NCBI RefSeq assembly: GCF_009834535.1
Contig: NC_045697.1
Span: 14,572,001 to 14,636,000 of the forward strand
Length of the DNA stretch: 64,000 bases
From: Camelus ferus
Taxonomy: Eukaryota
Direction of reading: 5' to 3'
The notes under the pieces are model-generated. The model worked only from the letters and a program-made list of their open reading frames with translations. It searched no databases and had not been told where the DNA came from. This document shows positions 52,626 through 64,000 of the stretch, in pieces. A program made the translations under genes and the position numbers. Each line of letters begins with the position of its first letter. The first letter of the stretch is position 1.

Positions 52626-54049
52626 TTGACATCTATTATTATAGCTCCATCTCTGAAATAAAGTAATCAGATTAGAATTTAGGTCTCCAGGAGTTTTGTT
52701 GGTTTTGCTGTTTTTAAATGAGAATTTCAGATTTGGGGCTTTTATTTTGATGATTGTGCCAAAAAATAAAAAAAATCGTAATCTGCATCATCAGGATGAC
52801 CACTTGAATTTGGTCGTCTGATTTCAATCTTTATGATCACCTTGGTAATGCCACTTTACTTGCGGGCTGGTAGGCTGGAGAGAAGCAGACATATATAAAT
52901 AATGCGTCCATAACAAGGAAGCTTAAACATCATCACAGCTCACTGTACCACTGAAGGCTGACTGGAGTTTGGGAGGAGAAAATGACAGAAGAATTGAGTT
53001 AATACACGACCTATGGCAACAAACATGTCAGACTTGAACCTACTCTTGGCAGTCAGTACTATAACCTTCTGTCACATTAATGCCAGTTATTTCAGATTTC
53101 TCTGGCCTTGTAGTTTTGCTTAAAGCATTTCATCTATAAATGAGTTTCAGGCTTTTGGTTGCTTAAGATCTGTAAACATAAAGAGTTTTGTTTTCTCTCT
53201 GTACAAATTTAAACAAGATTTTAACAAATATAGTTTCATAGATGATATTCTAGAGAATTTTCTCCTTTACAAGTAGGCTTGTACTTTACTGAAGTTTCAG
53301 AAACACTGAACTAAAAATTTTCTAAGATCCCTTTCATCTCTAAGTAGCAGTTCCCTATGAGGGGACTGATTTTCTTGCCTTTTTCTCAGTAACTCACAGA
53401 AGACCCTTGGGAACCACATGAGCTTGTTCTCTTGTGCCCACTGCCTTGTACCATGTTGGTGCCACTGTAGATACCGGCATTGACTTAAAAATACAGGGCA
53501 AATGTTAGAAAATGCCAGAAAAAATGTTACAAGATGCTAAGAATATAATTAAGAGCATTTATTAATATTATTAATTAATATTATTAAATACATACTAGAT
53601 ACTCCTGACAATGCGTTTAATACCCCATGGCTTCACAGCTCTTAGGCTTCACACACACCCTTCCCTCTTTCTGCGTAGTGAGCTCTCTTGTTCAAGAGAG
53701 CTCAATAGTAACCTTTTCTGCAAAGACGTCTTTGTGCGCCACCGCCACCCACGTAAAACTCAGGATCAATTTCTCTTTGCTTCACAAACTTGTATCATCA
53801 TAGCAGCACCTATCATAGCATGTTACCTGTGTCCTTTCCATATTGTCTCTGTCACTTTTTTATGAGACTCCTCATGGCAAGGACGGTGTCCTATAACTAT
53901 CTTCCTTCCGTTATCTGACAATGTTATGCACACAATAATGTCCAATAAATATTAGTTCACAAAATGAAATACAACCTCATCTTAAAAAGTTATTTGCTAC
54001 TGCTTCCAATATAACTTGCCCCGTTGAAATGGATGTAACTTAGTCATTT

Positions 54050-54290
54050 ACTCGTTGTGGCACCGGGGAAGGAGCTCACACTGTGAAGCCCAGTGGACAG
54101 ATCTGACATTTAATTCATATGTAACACATTTTAATTGTGTGACCTGAAGCTAACTCCTCCCTGTTCTGAGCCTCAAGTATGTCATCTCTAAATTAGGAAC
54201 AATAGTTATACACCTTGCAAGTTTGTTTTGAAACTTAAGGGGAATTATTAACATATTTTCATTTCTTTACACAATGCACATCATAGAACA
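54050..54290 (+). mobile_element. MIR SINE
   Basis: tgtgtgacctgaagc...tctgagcctcaag...catctctaaattaggaacaatag. Confidence 0.65.
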
Positions 54291-57242
54291 AAGTAATTAC
54301 AATGAAATGTTACCTTTTTTTGCCCCTTTGAGTCTGATGGGCTTTTTGTGTTAAAATGATTCCAACCATCAGAATTTTCAAATGGCTCTAATTTGCTAGT
54401 ATCTTAGTAACTGCTACAGAGAGGTAGTATCTTGATTTATTAATCAATTCTGATTTTCATTCCCAGCATTTCATTATCCCTAGATGTTTCCCTGCTTTCA
54501 GCAGCAGCCAGACAAGAGACAACATAGGAGAAAGAGAGAACAAAAGAAATGATCCTTGGTTTTGAGTTTCAAATAGCTAGTCTCCAGCATAGACAAAAGA
54601 TTTAGCAGAATATGTGATTAGAGGAATGTTTACCTGCACTCCACTCCCATTCGCCTACAAGGTCAAGATTCCATAGGACTGAATTCAAAGGTGGGGAGGT
54701 AAGCGGGACAGTATAAATCCCAGACAGGTCTAAGGAATGAGGTATGGGGGGATGTGACCTCACCTTCAAGTAAAATTCAGGGAATCAGCACTCCCCTGGG
54801 GTTCTCCTCGCTTGGCACAAGTGGGGACAGAAAAAAGCTCCTGCCAGGGGTTACCTATGGACTGGTCAGAATCAGTCTCTCAGCTTCCAGATTCTGTGGC
54901 ACCAGAGGAGTTACATGAAGCCTAAAAGGGACTGAGAATGGGTTTATGATAGCCCGCCAGGGGTTCAGGAGCAGCAGACTACTTCCTGTGTACCTGCAGT
55001 TATGGGGTGGGGTGGGGTGGCTCAGAGAACCACAGACAAGAAGAGGTCTTATAGGCAGAAGTGAGGCAGAACACAGTGCAGACAGTGCAGACAGGTGGTG
55101 AAGACCCAGACAGGATCCACATGCCCACCCTATGCCCATAAGCCCCCACCAGGTCCTTGCACTATATAAGGTCCATGAGAAAGGAAAGGGAGGAGGGAAC
55201 ATGCCAATTCAATGGAATCACATTTCTGATACATAGTGGAATGAAGGATTGAAACAGAAATAAAGTTTCCTACATAAAACAAAGTAAAAACAAACAACAA
55301 CAAAGCTCTCTCTCTCTTTCTTTCTTTCTATCCACCCATCTGTCTGCAGTCGTGATGGACTGAGAATCATGAGGAAATTAAGCTTGTAGTAGAGTTTAAG
55401 ATACTAGCTATCTTTTAGGATGGGAGTGGAAAGTATAAAATGAACTAGGAGAAAAGCAGGTACTAGAGGGATCTGAAGATCCACATCCTTTAAAATCTTG
55501 CCCTGACTACCTGTGAACTTTCTACACTGTTGGACTTTGGGGTTTTAATCCTGACAACATCACGTTGGCATTCCAATGCAGAAGCAAGACTGGGTACACG
55601 AGTCCACTGCTCCCCACTTTGCCTGTGGGCAAAGGTGGAGGTGATACACAGTGGGCCAGGAATGGGAGGTCCAGACTTCCAACATCTTCCGAGTAAGGAG
55701 AAGCATTTGTGCCACTTTAGAAGCAGCAATACATGAAGACAGACTGCCTGCCACATGACGAAGACGGGAGAGAAGGTTTTGTTTATAATCAAGAGATCTC
55801 AAGTTACAAATCAATGTTGTGATTCTTGATTCTGACTGTCTGCTGGCGAATGGTTCCTGAATCGCTGAGGTTTGAATCACAGCCACCTGAACTTCACCAG
55901 GCCTGCGTCTCCTTCTCAGTCATTGAGAGAAACTAAGACTGCCTCCCAGTCCCCTAAACACAACCTGTGACTATTGGCCTCAGATTAATTAGGAAAACAG
56001 GAAAGGGAAGCTCATCTCCACATTCATCTGGCCCCGAGGGGGTGGTATAAATTTTCTTCCTCTTTTTTCCTTTTGCTCTAACAGCCATGGAAGAAAAACA
56101 GTCTCATCCCACTGATACCAAAATAGTCGCTCTGCTACCATTTTTGAGATCTGAGTGTGTCTTCTTTCTAATGTGTCCCAGGTTGTAAGCCCTTCTATAC
56201 TTTATGCTATTCTGTAAATGCTACCAATACTTAAAACATACAAATAAGATTTTTGACAAGTTTGACAATATCTATTCCACTGAGTCCAAACTCAAGGGAA
56301 ATACGTATCTGATCATGTACAGAGGAGTTGCAAAAGGATGGTGGGAAATGAGGCTTGCTGACCACACGCGGAGAGGAGAAGTGTTGCAGGTGACAACAGC
56401 ACAATATAGTTCCACGTAGGACCCCCAAGAAACAGGCCCTTTCAGCAACAGTGACAAAGAAAATCTCATCAAGCTGGATTTCACACAGACGCGGGGCTGT
56501 AATTCAGCCGAGGCAAACAGCAGGGAAAGTCATTTCCTTGCCTGCTTCAGCTGACAAAATGATTCCTCTTTTCTTGTTTATGGTTTGACTTTTCTCTTTT
56601 GAAGGCTGAGTGAAATATAAAGGACAGATTCAATCTATTTTGGAAGAAAGGGGAAGATGTTCTCAATGGAAGAGACTGGAAGAAACACTTCAGTTAGCTT
56701 CTCTGGGGCCTAAGCTGGACTCAAGGATCTATGATCACAGTTTGCTCTACTTTTGGGGGAGAAATTGATCAACATGTCTCCTTTAAGTGCTGAAAACAAT
56801 TACATGGTTCCAGCATATGTGTGGGCATATGGAACTCTGCTGGGATTGAATTCAAGCATGTGTAAGACAGGAGAATTTTTACCAAAGCTCAATATTGAAC
56901 AGGTAACATCCAAATTAGTGTTTGTTTGTTTGTTTGTTTTTTTAAGTAAAGATGGGACAAAAACAAATATGCAAGGTGGCATTCTCAACCTTAATTGGCT
57001 TTCTAGCTTTACAACTCATTCAATCAAATCAACATCCTTTTAAAAATCATTCTTATATTACTACTCCCCTATTCTGAAAACTTACATGATTTCAAAATTC
57101 TAATCCTCAGGGTTTTTTTAGTTTTATACTGGCAGACTTTTCTAATAAGAACCTCTTCAGCTAGGCTACAACACTGTGGCTTGTTCTTGACTCTACTTTG
57201 GTTATTCTAATAGCGTTCCTCCTATCCTACCCAACATCCATT

Positions 57243-57244
<2 letters not shown>

Positions 57245-57277
<33 letters not shown>
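57245..57277. repeat. (AC)16 microsatellite
   Basis: Read directly from sequence. Confidence 0.95.
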
Positions 57278-57278
<1 letters not shown>

Positions 57279-58567
57279 CTGAACCATATCAAGAAATGGG
57301 ACATTTGACTTAACTTTAATATTTCATAATTAGTTCCTTCTTCCATAAAAAAAACAGTTAGTCCATTTTGATCTAAGTCTAGAATTGCGTTTTTCCCCCT
57401 TTCTTTAGGTTGGTCACATTGATTAGGCTACAGTGGGGAAACCAGGAGTTTGAGATGGGCCAGAGTCATCTGTAGCCTGTTCACTATCTGCAATTAAATC
57501 TTATCAGCTCTCTCTCATAATCTTTAAAACTATCTTCCCAGCTTCAGAATATGATAAAGTAATTGGACAGAAGCTCTTGTGACCAACATAGAACCCCCTC
57601 CTTGCCTTTCCCAGCATGGATTCTACTCTTCTCTGAGCCAATGCAATTATCCAAATGACTAATTTTAAATAAACAAGCACAACTCATCAGTGTTTTCTAA
57701 GTTGCAAGCAAAAGTACAAATCAGGACCAAGATTACTCTGCCAATTGTTTAATTTCTTCATTTCCCCTTCATGTGTATACACAATTTGTCTTTTTACCTG
57801 AAAATAGAATATTAAACTCATAGAAAGCTCTGAATAAATTCTTGTTCTTTAAGTGAATAAATGAGAACAAGCTTTAAACATAATAAAATGAATTTATTAG
57901 AAATTTCTAATAAAGACACATGAATTTTCTATCTAGAAGGAACCCTACTTAGAAAATTTTTATTCATTTAAGTCGCTTCACAATACTAGAAAAGGGGCTA
58001 AACACACATTTTTCCAGTACTTATTAAAATGTTTGGCAATTCAGCTTCAGTAGGAGTTTAATTATAAAACTAAAGTAAGTAAAGATGAAACAATCTAATC
58101 TAAAAATTTTCTGCACTATTCTGAAAGACAGATCAATAATAATAAATTGGATTTTTAGCCTTTGGGAATAAATGGGTACCAAAAAGAAAAACAAACCTTA
58201 GTAAAGATATTCTGGGCTACCACTAGTGAGTGGAAAATATCATTTTACAATCAGTGTTATATTTCATTGGAATGAAATAAGATGTATTAGAGCCTCTGCA
58301 AGATAAACAAATCCTTGATGTCTAATAATAACTCTAACAGATAGAAGTTTTTAAAGGACACACATGTGACCAAAAGTCTTTAAAGTGTGTGTGTGGGTGG
58401 GGGGGTGCAATTCAACTGCTGAAGTCATAAAGTCATTTAGGAACTACTGCCAATAAATAACAAGAATTTCCAAAGTTGTGGCCAGGGTCAGGCCTGGCTG
58501 AACAGTGAACGAGATGACGTTTGGAATACTTCATTTTCCTTTTTACACTTACTCCCTCTACTTCGGA

Positions 58568-58742
58568 CCAGTGTCATCATGAAGCTAACGGAGCTGAAAC
58601 TTCAGGTCTTCCTGCTTACTCTGGCCCCATCTAATTCTCTGTGTTTTTATATAGCAGGTAATATTACTTAAATCCCTTTTCTTGAAGAGGGTCCTCCAAA
58701 CTGTTTAAACGTCAGATTCCACAAACCTTGGTTAGCCCCTGG
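58568..58742. mobile_element. hAT-Tip100-type MITE
   Basis: catgaagctaacggagctgaaacttcagg...tttcttgaagagggtcctccaaactgt...ccacaaaccttggttagcccctg. Confidence 0.65.
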
Positions 58743-60059
58743 ACCATAAGCATCCACTCTTGGAATCCAAGAAACCTTTATGGTTCCATTTGACAAAGGT
58801 TTTCCTTATTTTAGTTTTCTGAGGTTCATTCATTCATTTTCAAAACAGAAAACAGAGATGCATTCTCATTGTCTCCTGTCACATGGGGACAAAGAATGAC
58901 ATTTGTGGAAACATGGGAATAAGCAAGAAAATCTCAAGCAGTCAGGTTTCAGATTGCACTGGAACATCTCTAGATTTTGCAGGGCTAGCAACCTCGTTCC
59001 AGAACTGGAAAAGACTGAAAAGGGAATCTTTAGGCATCAAGATATTTCATCTCCTCCTTGGCAGGTAGAAATCACTGATCTTACATCTGTAGAATGACTG
59101 TGACTTCCTATCTCCTGTGCTCCGCTGATAACTGAAGCTATCACCCTTTCCCCTGGGTAGCTTTCCCATCCATCACGGCTTCTGCTTTCACCCATCTTTG
59201 CCACTCCCTCCATTCATCTTACAATTTTTGCTATAGGTAGTTCATCCTATCTTGGGTTTCCCATTCCCAAGATAGGCAAGTGTTTGGTTCTGTTACAACC
59301 AATGTCATTCCTGGTGGGTCAAAGCTTTCAGAGTTAATCACCTGGAAGATTATTTTCCAGCCATAGATTTGTTGCCCATGAATAATTTGCTCTGCTTTGG
59401 TCAAACGGATGTCTGATCACAAAGATATATGGACAGAACCAACCTACTATGCAGAAAATGTCATTGGCAATTACATCTCTCTTGGCAGGGATTGTGGGTA
59501 AGAAGGGTTTCCCTTAGGAAAAAAACTGGACATGGCAGTATGGTTTTGGCTTTTCAGTGTGGTTTTTTGTCCCTATTTACCCAGGAAACCAGGTACATTA
59601 AGAACTTAACCAATTTTGCTTTTCTCCTCTGGGATTTTCCAAAAGTGTACCATGACCCAACATTTAAATCTATCCTCATCTGCCCCATGCATGCCCACCC
59701 CACCAAGAACAAAAATGAATTCACAAATAAAATCAATCAGTTATTTTTGGTCAGTTTAAAATAAAGTTTTCAACTGAATTATTAACAAATAAAATTTTCA
59801 TCTTCCTAGATCAAATCATTAGAAGATTTGAGACCCAATTAAATTGTTCCTACATCAATGATGCCTTCCATAGGCTCACTTTTACATCTTTCTTTCTTTT
59901 TCTCATAGCACATGATTTTATCTTCATAGCTGCATAAAATATAATCCTGCTCAGTATTATAATTAGCTAAGTATTCCCTTATATTTTATTAGCTCTGTAT
60001 TTTCATAAGGCTTAATGATAATAGAATAATAATATCATTATGATTGATTAAAATAATAG

Positions 60060-60262
60060 TAAAGCTAATACACACTTATTATGTGTCAAGAACAGGACAA
60101 GAATTTTCATGTATTATCTCCCTTAACCCTCTCTAAATCCTTTGAGGTAGATTCTATTCCCTTCACCACTTCACAGATGAGAAAATGGAGGCTCAGGCAT
60201 ATTAAGCAACTTGCTCAGCTATTGGTAGCATTGCTGGGATTTAAACTAGGAAGCCTCATTCT
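60060..60262 (-). mobile_element. MIR SINE
   Basis: ccacttcacagatgagaaaatggaggctcagg...taagcaacttgctc. Confidence 0.8.
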
Positions 60263-60266
60263 AGAG

Positions 60267-60438
60267 CAGCAACTTTCAACTTTGGCTAGACCCTGGAATC
60301 ACCTGAGGAGTTTTAACTGCCCTGGGCCCCTCTCCCAGAGTTTCCGATTTATTGATCGGAGGTGTAGCTGAGGCAGAAAGATTTTTTTTTCATCTCCCTA
60401 GGTGACTCTAATATGCCCCTGAGCATATAAGTACCACT
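60267..60438. mobile_element. MER5-like hAT-Charlie MITE
   Basis: ctttcaactttggct...tggaatcacctgaggagtttt...ccctaggtgactctaatatgc. Confidence 0.75.
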
Positions 60439-60449
60439 TTACAGACCAA

Positions 60450-60860
60450 GTTATTAACCATAATTAGGTAATAAATGAGTTAATGGGCAATCTAATGCAT
60501 TATCTCCTTAGGATCCATTTTTTAACATATGGATTGAAAGTTCAATTTACATAAAAATAACAATAACATTTAATTGGCCACTCAGAGAAAATAATGATAC
60601 CGATTTTGTCAAAATTGATTTACCCTGATGAGACCACTTGCCAAAGAGTTAATGCGATTTCCCAGAGAGAGGCAGTGAATGGATTCCGTAAATGACCATC
60701 TCCGTCCGACGTACCCTTTCACGTGGACAGAGACCGCACTCGGGAAGCTATGGAGCGCATCCAACCAACTTAAGCTGTTCACACGGGCTCCTTTGTCCAT
60801 TTCTTTGTTTTGTGTTCTCCAGTTCCCTCACCCTATTCTCCTTAATGTGTCGTCCCTGCT
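60450..60860. promoter_or_regulatory. Candidate enhancer / conserved non-coding element
   Basis: Not recognisable as a repeat; 11 CpG in 60601-60790; CACGTG at 60720, TGATTTAC at 60616, several TAAT/ATTA, CTTTGT x2. Confidence 0.35.
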
Positions 60861-61274
60861 TGCCTTGTGTTTGCTGCAGAGTGGGCAACCACTGCACTTT
60901 AAGCAGTTAGCACTCAGATTAAGCAACAGGAGGTTTATTGCCATCTCTGGAGCCAAATATTTTCTATTAGTCACAGTCAACTCAAAGATACAGATAAAAG
61001 ACCCTAGACAAAGCTATAAATACCAGTCAACTACCAATTTGCTATGTATTAGTCACTAAACTGACAGTATAAAATGACTAAGAGAAATTTCCCAAGAGCT
61101 AATAACCTTGGAGAGAGGACATGCAGACAAATGGGGCAGGATGAGTTGTGAAGTTTTAACTTGCTTATTAATGTGTATGTGTGGCTCTCTCAATGTGTGT
61201 GATTCAATCTGATTGTGCTAAAGCTTGAGGACCACTGCCTTCTTCACATAGTTCGACGTGTTCCTCATAAGGCT

Positions 61275-61720
61275 GCGAAACTGAATACATAAACAGACGA
61301 TGGCTAGACCATGCATGACAATGAAGCTCTGTCCCTCAGATAATGCAGCAACCAATACAGGCAGCCAAAAAACAACCTCTGCAGAAATCAACCTAGAACA
61401 GACAGGACTTGGACAATTACTGTCAGCTTCCCTAACTACTGTCTTTGTTTCCAACTCAAAACCAACCAGAATGAAGCTAAACATGCTTCTTGAACCAGTT
61501 GTAGAGGATACCTTGCTTCTAGTTAGCCCAGTTCTAACTTTCCCATGCCGATAGCCTCCAACCAGAGCACATTTGAAGCTTTCCCCTTTTTACTACAAAG
61601 CTTTCCCACTCGTTTGCCTGCTGTTGAGTGACCGTCAAACACAAGTAGTGATGGGTGACTCTTTTGATACAGCAAGGTCTGAATAAATGACCTCTATTTG
61701 TTCTTAGTCTTTGTTTCCAG
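61275..61720 (+). mobile_element. ERV1-type LTR (MER110/MER90-like)
   Basis: gctagaccatgcatgacaat...acaacctctgcag...caggacttggacaattactgtcagcttccct...tctgaataaa. Confidence 0.65.
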
Positions 61721-63184
61721 AGTAAGGGTGGGGAGGGCTGTTTTGGAATTTTGGAATTTTGTGAGCCTCCTTGTATGTGTTTCCTTAAAGTCCCCTTGCC
61801 TCCCCCTTAAGATGCCTTCAGGGAGGTGGCAGGCACAATGACAGAGAGGGTGACTGGAACCTGCATTCATCCCGGAAAGATCAACCCACGGAAGCAAAGA
61901 CATGACCTGCCTGTGTCACAGTGGTGTTTGAGTAAGAATCTTAGACCTCAGCCTCAGTCTCAAAAGAGGAATGAAATCATGAATTTAATCACCTTTGTGA
62001 AAATAAGAAAAATCACACCATCAACGGAATTTACCTGGAAATTATGTTTTTGTTTTTAACAACAGACAGAATGAGGGTTCAAGACAGGAATCAGGTTCAG
62101 TTAAGGGAAAATAAAGTTATATTTTGGTCCAGTTCAGTATCTGACTGGTGCTAACTTGAGTTGGCTACTCGGAAGTTTGGAGGAGAGAGCGCATTTGCTC
62201 TGATTGAGGGAGGATCTCTGAGCCTCACTCATGGAAGAGGCAGCATGACAATGGTGAGAAGTATTTTGATTTGAGAACTTTAGTCTCCCTATAAGCCCCA
62301 GAGCCGTTGGCACAAATGCCTTACTGAGATTAAACACATAGGATAAGATATAGGCAACACAGAAGTCGGCACAGCGACCATATGCCCATCCCTCCCCTGG
62401 CTGAACCAGCTGGGTGGGTGGGAAGATGCTGTCGTGCACCCCCCAGTCATTTCACATGAACCATCTCACCAACCAACCAGACATCAATTCACTCATCACT
62501 TCCTAGATGTGAGAATGAGGTTCTTTTGAATTTCTACAATTTGTAAATAAGTGTCTGAGTGGTTAAAAAAAGGCATAACCACACACCAAGAGAAACTATT
62601 TCTTATTAAGGCTGAATATTTAATTTTAAAAATGTCTTTTCCTACTAGCTAACGTACATTTCTTAAACAGAAACTAGGTCTTTTATTGAATTCACTGTCC
62701 CTCTTTATTTCCAAAATTGATATCTTTAAGATTTTTTTTTCTTTTTTCTAGAAGAATGTAGCAAAATTAGCACAAAGTAATTAGCAGGTTTAGTTAGAAT
62801 TTAGAAACTGAGAGGCAAACGAAATTAAATTTGGGGTAAATTAATTAGTAAAAGGTGCTAGAGTAGTGTATGCTTGTTAATTAAGTGTTGATATTCAGTG
62901 TGTCAGCACTGACAACCCAACACTTTGTGTGGTTTAGAAACACAGAGGAGGAAAGGCTGACACCGAGGGGAGCAGAATGGGAAGGTGTTGAGTGGGGTGT
63001 GAACCTTGCAGGAGGGAGGAAGCAGCAGCCATCTCTGGGATCCCTCCAGCCTTCCCGATTGCTTTCCTTGAGAGAAGGCACCTAGGTGGCCATAGGGTGG
63101 GAGTTCGTCCCATTTCTAGACTTTGGCAAATCTGTGCATGGGAGCCTGAGATGCCAATATCCAGTATAAGAGGCTATAAGAGGC

Positions 63185-63340
63185 TATCTTAGTCTGTTTG
63201 GGCTCCAGAACAAAATACAAAATAGAAAGTGGCTTATATACAACAGAAATGTATTTCTCACAGTTCTGGAGGCTGGAGACCTGAGATCAGGATCCCAGCG
63301 CTGTTGGGGTCTAGTGAAGGCTTTCTTCCAGGTCACTTGT
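63185..63340 (-). mobile_element. MaLR LTR fragment (MLT1A/MST-like)
   Basis: tcttagtctgtttgggct...caacagaaatgtatttctcacagttctggaggctggag. Confidence 0.85.
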
Positions 63341-63814
63341 CTGCATCTTGAGATAAACCTGGTACTCAAAACAGAGCTATGTGGAAGATGGGGAGGAAGG
63401 AGACGGGAACACAGGTGAAGAGAAGCTACAGCACATCATCTGGGTCCTTCTTACATTATGCTGACTTCGGGAAATCAGGATGACAATGGAAGCTGGGGCT
63501 ACCTGCCACTGATTCCAGTTTCTACCTCCAGAGCTTTAGAGATGGGGCACTTTGGGTGAAAGAATTTTTCTCTTTGGATTATTTTAACACTATGTTGAAT
63601 ACTTACTGTTGGCTTTTGTATAAAATGTATATTCTTTTATTTACTCAATTCATATTTATTAAATGCCTATTATATGCCAGGCACTGGTCTAAGAACTTGG
63701 GAAACAATTCTGAGCAAAGGCAAATATCTCCACCCACTTGAAGCTTATTATTTCAAAATGATCCTTCTCTAACTGTGTTGAGATTCAATCATTTGTTTTT
63801 AACGTCATGGTAGA

Positions 63815-64000
63815 CAGTAGCTATCTTGAAGCTTTATGATCTCAGGACTTCTTTATACTCAAAAAATTTTAAGGCCCACAAAGAACTTTTGTTTATGTAG
63901 GTTTTATCTATCAGCATTTACTATATTAAACATTAAAACGGAAGATTTTTTTAAATGTTATTGATTAATTAATGAAAATGAAACTGAATCCATTATATGC
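63815..64000. mobile_element. hAT-Charlie-type element (runs to window edge)
   Basis: tctcaggacttctttatactc...caaagaacttttgtttatgtaggttttatctatcagcatttactatatt. Confidence 0.7.

Noticed and set aside
55004..55020. G-quadruplex GGGGTGGGGTGGGGTGG
   Set aside because: Fourth run has only two G; weak and common motif
60679..61059. Longest ATG ORF outside recognised repeats (126 aa) as a CDS
   Set aside because: No recognisable domain or splice structure; length is compatible with chance in 64 kb
1..64000. Prokaryotic-type systems (CRISPR arrays, operons, defence islands)
   Set aside because: Sequence is mammalian and repeat-rich; no regularly spaced direct repeats and no long ORFs

Overview
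AT-rich, CpG-depleted mammalian genomic DNA, not prokaryotic. It is most likely from a camelid, based on a tRNA-Ala-derived Vic-1-type SINE at ~50.2 kb and a camelid-type L1 3' tail at ~45.5 kb. I recognise no protein-coding gene: the ORF track consists of chance ORFs and decayed L1/LTR/DNA-transposon remnants. The window looks intronic or intergenic and is dense in repeats: L1, L2, CR1/L3, MIR, MaLR/ERV1/ERVL solo LTRs, Tigger and hAT MITEs, and microsatellites. Best leads: (i) + strand splice-site-bounded segments, including an 11-nt microexon candidate, that join into one open frame; (ii) a gapless 190-bp, ~80%-identical local duplication; (iii) unusual L1 architectures (nested or transduced, twin-primed, internally deleted); (iv) enhancer-like non-repeat segments at ~48.1 kb and ~60.5-60.9 kb. 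I found no convincing novel biological system. Repeat family names come from recalled consensus sequences, boundaries are approximate, and both need RepeatMasker/Dfam confirmation.
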